In this document: positions 54,692-64,000 of the stretch, piece after piece | Position numbering within the stretch: the first letter of the stretch is position 1 | Layout of the letters: each line of letters begins with the position of its first letter | NCBI GenBank assembly: GCA_031271905.1 | Contig: JAISUT010000020.1 | Location: forward strand, 2,432-66,431 | Direction of reading: 5' to 3' | From: Acidobacteriota bacterium | GTDB taxonomy: Bacteria > Acidobacteriota > UBA6911 | DNA length: 64,000 nucleotides | Notes under the pieces: generated by a model | The model's database searches: none | Told to the model about the DNA's origin: nothing | The model's input: the letters and a program-made list of their open reading frames with translations, nothing else | Position numbers and translations under genes: made by a program

Positions 54692-55849
54692 ATGACGAAC
54701 GTGACCTATCTCGACCACGCCGCGACCTCATGGCCCAAACCGCCGGAGGTGGTCGCGGCGATGGCGCGGTTCCTGGAGCGGGACGGGGGGAACCCCGGTC
54801 GCGCGGGGCATCGCCTGTCCGTCGCCGCCGGGCGCGTCGTATACGAGGCCCGCGAGCTTTTGGCGGGTCTCTTCAACGCCCCCGACCCCCTGCGCGTCAT
54901 CTTCGCGTCCAACGCGACGCACGCCGTCAACATCGCGATCTGCGGGCTGGTGCGGCCGGGCGACCACGTCATCACCAGCGGCGTCGAGCACAACGCCGTC
55001 ATGCGTCCGTTGCGCGCCTTGGAGCAGGGCGGGGTGCGCCTCACCGTGATCCCCTGCTCGGGCGACGGGACGCTCGACCTGGACGCCTTCGCGCGCGCCG
55101 CCGAGTCCGCGCCGCCCCGGCTCGTCGCGGTCACGCACGCGAGCAACGTCATGGGCGCGATCCTCCCCGTCGCGGAGGTGGGCGCCGTCGCCCGCCGCAC
55201 CGGCGCCTACCTGCTGGTCGATGCGGCGCAAACCGCCGGGACCGTCCCCATCGACATGCAGGCGATGGGCATCGACCTCGTGGCGTTCACTGGCCACAAG
55301 GGGCTGCAGGGGCCGCCCGGGACGGGGGGGCTGGTGATCGGGGGGCGCGTCCCCGTCCACGAGATGACGCCATTGACGCGCGGCGGGACGGGGAGCCGTT
55401 CCGAGTCGGAAAACCAGCCGGAGGACTGCCCGGACAAGTTCGAGAGCGGCACGCTCAACGGCGCAGGGATAGCGGGGCTGGGGGCGGGGGTGCGCTTCGT
55501 CATGGAACGCGGCGTCCACGCCCTGCGCGCCCACGAGATCGCGCTGGCGCGGAAATTGGCGGAGGGGCTGGCGAACGTCCCGGGGGTCGCGCTCCACGGC
55601 CCCGGCGACTGGGAAAGACGCACCGCCGTCGTCTCCCTCACCTCGGACAGGCTCAGCGCGTCGGAGATCGGCTTCCGGCTGGACGAGGAGTTCGGCGTGC
55701 TCTCCAGGGTGGGGTTGCACTGCGCCCCCGCCGCCCATCGCACCATCGGCACCTTCCCGGAGGGGACGGTGCGCTTCGCGCCCGGCCCCGGCAACACGCC
55801 GGAGGAGATCGACGCCGCCGTAAAGGCGGTGGCGCGCATCCTCGGCTAG
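54692..55849 (+). CDS. Class V aminotransferase-fold PLP enzyme, cysteine desulfurase family
   Basis: [18 protein letters not shown]...[10 protein letters not shown] and FTGHKGL.GP.GTG (the PLP Lys in HK) are all present. The protein is 385 aa. Confidence 0.85.
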   Translation: MTNVTYLDHAATSWPKPPEVVAAMARFLERDGGNPGRAGHRLSVAAGRVVYEARELLAGLFNAPDPLRVIFASNATHAVNIAICGLVRPGDHVITSGVEHNAVMRPLRALEQGGVRLTVIPCSGDGTLDLDAFARAAESAPPRLVAVTHASNVMGAILPVAEVGAVARRTGAYLLVDAAQTAGTVPIDMQAMGIDLVAFTGHKGLQGPPGTGGLVIGGRVPVHEMTPLTRGGTGSRSESENQPEDCPDKFESGTLNGAGIAGLGAGVRFVMERGVHALRAHEIALARKLAEGLANVPGVALHGPGDWERRTAVVSLTSDRLSASEIGFRLDEEFGVLSRVGLHCAPAAHRTIGTFPEGTVRFAPGPGNTPEEIDAAVKAVARILG

Positions 55850-55857
55850 GAAAGCCC

Positions 55858-56121
55858 TCAACCCACGACGTCCAGCAGGCTCCTCGCCAACTCGTCCTCG
55901 GCGGAGAACGCACGCAAGTTCGCCTCCGCGACCGACTCCACCTGGTTCAGCATCGCCATGTCCGTGGCGGGATCCGGGCCGGCGAGGGCGCCGATGGCAT
56001 CCTTGCCGTCGTCCGAACTGTCCGAGCCGGAGCTGGAGATGGCGACGCGCTGGGCTATCTTGTCAAGGCTCCATTCCGCGCGTTGGAAACCGTTCAATGG
56101 GACTGAATAATCCATGCTCAT
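55858..56121 (-). CDS. Small acidic hypothetical protein (87 aa)
   Basis: The ORF is downstream of, and on the same strand as, the DUF1684 gene. It is Ser/Asp-rich in the middle with a helical C-terminus. I recognise no family. Confidence 0.35.
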   Translation of the reverse strand: MSMDYSVPLNGFQRAEWSLDKIAQRVAISSSGSDSSDDGKDAIGALAGPDPATDMAMLNQVESVAEANLRAFSAEDELARSLLDVVG

Positions 56122-56205
56122 GGTGCTAATCCCCCTTGTTCCCCTCTTATCGGCGGGGCGTGCGGGAAAAATCAGTCTTTTTTCAAGGTCTTTTACGGGA
56201 GCGCG

Positions 56206-56925
56206 TCAATGCGAAAAACGCCTCTCGCCGGCGCGGATGGGGATGGGCAAGGTGTTCTCCTTGGGGGGCGCGGGGCAACTGTAGGCGGGGTTGTAGGCGC
56301 AATAGGGGTTGTAGGCGCGGTTGAAGTCCAGGTCGTACTCCCCGGTCGTGTTCTCCGTGAGGTCGAGGTAGCGCCCCCCCTCATAGGTCTCCGTCCCCGA
56401 CGTGGCGTCCAAGAAGGGGATGAACAGGGCGGGTTCCCCTGCGGACTCCTCCAGGCGGTAGACCTTCACCTGGCAGTCCCGCCCCTCCGCCGCGAACTCG
56501 AAGAATCCGTACAGGAGCCCGCTGCGAATCTCGCCGGTGTTGGTCGCCATGCGGATCGGCTTAGGGCTTTGGTAACGCCGGAGCCGGACCTGGAAGCGCA
56601 ACGAAGGTTCCACGGGATAATAGGAGAGCCCTTGGAAACCAGTCCTCTCCCCGGCGGGGAGGGGCGAGTCGACGGAACGGAAATAGTCGTCCTTCGCCTG
56701 CCGCTCCCGGAGCAGGAGCGCGGCGTGCGACTCCGGAGAGGGCGTCGCGGATTTCGTCGCCGTCGCCCCCACGTCGCCTGCGCCCGACGGCGCGCGTTTT
56801 TCCGAACAGCCGGAGGCGAGGAGCCCCGCAGCCAACCAGCCCGACAGGCAAACGACCAGAACCGACGAAGCGCGTCCCTGCGTTCCCCTCCGAACACCGC
56901 ATCCCGCCTTGCCTTCCCTCACCAT
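56206..56925 (-). CDS. DUF1684-domain lipoprotein
   Basis: LAAGLLASGCS is the lipobox. ...R..KD.YF.....SPL........F.GL.YYP......F.V.L.......P......T..G.........G...F........L.VY........LFIPF.DAT.G.ETY..GRYLDL.........LDFN.AYNP.CAYN....CP..P.EN.L...I.AGE is the DUF1684 family pattern. Confidence 0.75.
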   Translation of the reverse strand: MVREGKAGCGVRRGTQGRASSVLVVCLSGWLAAGLLASGCSEKRAPSGAGDVGATATKSATPSPESHAALLLRERQAKDDYFRSVDSPLPAGERTGFQGLSYYPVEPSLRFQVRLRRYQSPKPIRMATNTGEIRSGLLYGFFEFAAEGRDCQVKVYRLEESAGEPALFIPFLDATSGTETYEGGRYLDLTENTTGEYDLDFNRAYNPYCAYNPAYSCPAPPKENTLPIPIRAGERRFSH

Positions 56926-57215
56926 CCCCCCGCCTCGCGTCCTGGATCCAAAAAACGGAACATAGTACATCCCCCGTCGCGCCGCAGGCAAGCCCTTGGC
57001 GCAGTAGGGCCCCCGCAAACGGTCGGCGGGAGGAGTCCGGCGCGGGCGCCCCCCCCTCGGGGAGGGCGCGGGCGGGCGAGCGCGCCGACCCGATGGGCGG
57101 AGGGGGCGGCACGCCGTCGTTCGCCATGCTATTAATCATTGAAAACAAACGATTTAAAATGTGTTTTATTTTTGTGGAAAACTTGCATTTCACCCAAGGT
57201 TTTTTGGGCGTCCCG

Positions 57216-57224
57216 TGCTATAAT
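57216..57224 (+). promoter_or_regulatory. Extended -10 promoter element upstream of gyrB
   Basis: TGcTATAAT (TGnTATAAT) lies inside a strikingly AT-rich stretch of about 190 bp, 86 nt upstream of the gyrB ATG. There is no good -35 at 17-bp spacing. Confidence 0.35.
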
Positions 57225-57282
57225 AATGATGTTTTTAAAGGGTGCTGGCAGTGCAATAATCATCTGCAAACAAAAGGTTTAA

Positions 57283-59850
<2,568 letters not shown>

Positions 59851-59871
59851 TTTAAAGATAGGCTTTTATTT

Positions 59872-62421
<2,550 letters not shown>

Positions 62422-62432
62422 TAAGAAGAAAG

Positions 62433-62493
62433 TGGACTTCAAAAAAGCTCGCAGACAAGGTGCAACGCAGCATCCGGGTTTTTAGAGGTTTCC
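62433..62493. repeat. Nested-palindrome element, copy H (short form, about 61 bp, orientation I, degenerate left end)
   Basis: TGGACTTCAAAAAAGCTCGCAGACAAGGTGCAACGCAGCATCCGGGTTTTTAGAGGTTTCC. It is 12 nt after the gyrA stop. The left boundary is uncertain. Confidence 0.7.
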
Positions 62494-62565
62494 GAAAGGC
62501 GGGGAGCAGAAACCGCTGACAAGAATCCGCGTTTTGGGGTTATAGTGAAGCGAAAGGAGGGTGAC

Positions 62566-63204
62566 ATGTCGGACAAGATCGCGATCACCATTTCGAGGCA
62601 GTTCTGTTGCGGCGGCGCCGCCATCGGGCATATTGTGGCGTCGCGCCTAGGCTTTTACTACGCCGACCGGGAGGTGTTGCACCTGGCCGCCGAGTCGCTG
62701 GGGGTTTCGGTGGAGGAGATCTCCTGGCGGGACGAGCGGCTGGCTTCGACTTGGGACCGGATAACGGAGCTTTTCACCTTCGGCCTGCCCGACGTGACCT
62801 ACACCGCGCCGCCGTTCCGCACCGTGACCGACGAACACCTGTTCCACCTGGAGGGGAAGATCATCAAGGAGCTCGCCGAACGCGAGAACTGCGTGGTGGT
62901 GGGGCGGGGCGGCAAGCACGTCCTGAGCGCGCACCCGCGCGCGGTGCATGTGTTCCTGCACGCGCCGCTGGAGTACAGGACGAAGGTGGCGATCGAGGCC
63001 TATCACGCCAAGACGCCGGAACAGGCGGTGTACCTGATCCAAGACGCGGACAGGGTGCGCCAGGCGTACCTCTCGCGGATGGCGAAATACGACTGGTTGC
63101 GCAGCACCAACTACCACTTGACGATGGACACGAGCGTGATCCCACCGGAGAAGACTGCCGATGCGATCATCAACTTCGTGAAACTGAAGACCGGCTTGGA
63201 TTAA
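62566..63204 (+). CDS. Cytidylate-kinase-like family protein (AAA/NMP-kinase fold, function unknown)
   Basis: MSDKIAITISRQFCCGGAAIG..VA..LG..Y.DRE.L......LGV is the typical N-terminus of the 'cytidylate kinase-like' family. The RBS AAGGAGG precedes ATG 62566. Confidence 0.7.
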   Translation: MSDKIAITISRQFCCGGAAIGHIVASRLGFYYADREVLHLAAESLGVSVEEISWRDERLASTWDRITELFTFGLPDVTYTAPPFRTVTDEHLFHLEGKIIKELAERENCVVVGRGGKHVLSAHPRAVHVFLHAPLEYRTKVAIEAYHAKTPEQAVYLIQDADRVRQAYLSRMAKYDWLRSTNYHLTMDTSVIPPEKTADAIINFVKLKTGLD

Positions 63205-63300
63205 TTAGGTTCTGGATAAAAGATGCCTGTTGCGCCTTGACAGGCGGCGGTACGGGGGGTAGGCTTCTTCACTTGTGTCGCCGGAGGGAGGTGAATCGAT

Positions 63301-63498
63301 TTGGCGGAAGTTGTTCTGAACGACGGGGAATCCCTGGAAAGCGCGTTGCGGCGTTTCAAGCGGAAAGTGCAGCAGGAAGACATCATCAAGGATGTGAAGA
63401 AGCACTCCTTCTACCTGAAGCCGGGCGAGAAGAAGCGCATCAAGCAGGCGCTGGCGCGCAAACGGTTGCGGAAAAAGATGCGCATCGTGAGATATTAG
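63301..63498 (+). CDS. rpsU: 30S ribosomal protein S21
   Basis: (M)AEVVLNDGESLESALRRFKRKVQQEDIIKDVKKHSFYLKPGEKKRIKQALARKRLRKK. It has a TTG start at 63301 preceded by GGAGGGAGG. Confidence 0.9.
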   Translation: MAEVVLNDGESLESALRRFKRKVQQEDIIKDVKKHSFYLKPGEKKRIKQALARKRLRKKMRIVRY

Positions 63499-63530
63499 CC
63501 GAATCTGTCAGCTTCATCCCTTCAAAAAAA

Positions 63531-63553
63531 GCCCGCATGCGTGCGGGCTTTTT
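63531..63553. terminator. Bidirectional intrinsic terminator between rpsU and hpt
   Basis: AAAAAAA-GCCCGCA-TGCG-TGCGGGC-TTTTT is a 7-bp GC stem flanked by an A-run and a T-run, so it can serve both convergent genes. Confidence 0.75.
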
Positions 63554-63590
63554 CATTGCCCTCCTTCCCCAACGCCCCGCCCCCCGCCGG

Positions 63591-64000
63591 TCATCGACGC
63601 TCGTCCGGCGAAAGCAAGATGTGGATGTCGGGCAGGTTGCGGTAGCGTTCGGCGTAATCCATGCCGTAGCCGACGACGAACCGGTCTGGTATGGCGAAGC
63701 CGACGTAATCGGCGTCAACCTCCACGGCGCGGCTGGACGGTTTGTCTAGCAACGCCGCGACCTTCAGCGACCGGGGGGCGCGCGCCAGCAGATGCCGCCT
63801 GATGTAGTGCAGGGTCAGACCGGAATCCACGATGTCCTCGACCAGGAGGATGTCCCGCCCCTCAAGGCTTTCGTCGAGATCCTTGAGGATGCGCACCTCG
63901 CCGCTCGATCGCGTCGCGCGGCCATAGCTCCCCACGGCCATGAAATCGTAGGAGGTCTCGACCTCCGCGTCGATCACCCGCCCCAAATCGGCGTGAAAGA
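63591..64000 (-). CDS. hpt: Hypoxanthine phosphoribosyltransferase (5' end beyond the window)
   Basis: ...DFMAVGSYG....SSGEVRILKDLD.SLEGRDILLVEDIVDSGLTL (PRPP-binding motif)...SLKVAALLDKPS.R.V.V.ADYVGF.IPD.FVVGYG.DYAE.YRNLP.I. The ORF continues to the window edge. Confidence 0.9.
   Translation of the reverse strand, partial: FHADLGRVIDAEVETSYDFMAVGSYGRATRSSGEVRILKDLDESLEGRDILLVEDIVDSGLTLHYIRRHLLARAPRSLKVAALLDKPSSRAVEVDADYVGFAIPDRFVVGYGMDYAERYRNLPDIHILLSPDERR

Overview
This is a 64-kb bacterial chromosomal window, mostly very GC-rich and densely coding. I count about 60 credible protein genes and one tRNA, with no rRNA and no CRISPR array. All calls come from reading the translations, motifs and DNA by eye; no database search, folding or alignment program was run.

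Gene content from 5' to 3':
- A visibly lower-GC tandem esterase pair, then araD-araA-araB and an aldose 1-epimerase.
- A decayed junction (an IS3-type transposase fragment abutting an ABC-permease fragment) next to tRNA-Arg(ACG).
- A J-domain/zinc-ribbon/PilZ fusion protein and a GH115-like alpha-glucuronidase.
- Two sigma-54 response regulators and a HAMP histidine kinase, flanking an uncharacterised module of a Tat-signal DUF362 protein, a membrane polyferredoxin and a lipoprotein.
- A DksA/TraR protein, a PduO-type corrinoid adenosyltransferase, a LysR regulator and a histidine phosphatase.
- rnhA, overlapping a patatin-like lipase gene.
- Succinate dehydrogenase/fumarate reductase genes in the order A-C-D-B.
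- An FNT channel, an orphan pilT, a GATase1 protein and a ChlI-like ATPase.
- A frameshifted small Fic gene.
- Two corrinoid-type methyltransferase components.
- A xanthine-dehydrogenase-family molybdo-flavoenzyme operon with CoxG and two tiny Cys-containing ORFs.
- A hybrid kinase, a nitroreductase, a DUF4143 AAA ATPase, mgtE, a DUF808 protein and rubrerythrin.
- gyrB-gyrA, rpsU and hpt.

The gene set suggests an anaerobic or microaerophilic degrader of hemicellulose side chains. The taxon cannot be assigned from the sequence alone.

The strongest signal not explained by genes is an unannotated repeat family with eight intergenic copies.
- Full copies are about 120-bp nested palindromes, and about 63-bp deletion derivatives also occur.
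- Copies carry 15-17-bp terminal inverted repeats (GGGAACCTCTAAAAACC).
- Three copies have perfect 4-bp AT-rich flanking duplications.
- Two copies sit inside the molybdoenzyme operon.
- This looks like a MITE/ERIC-like element.
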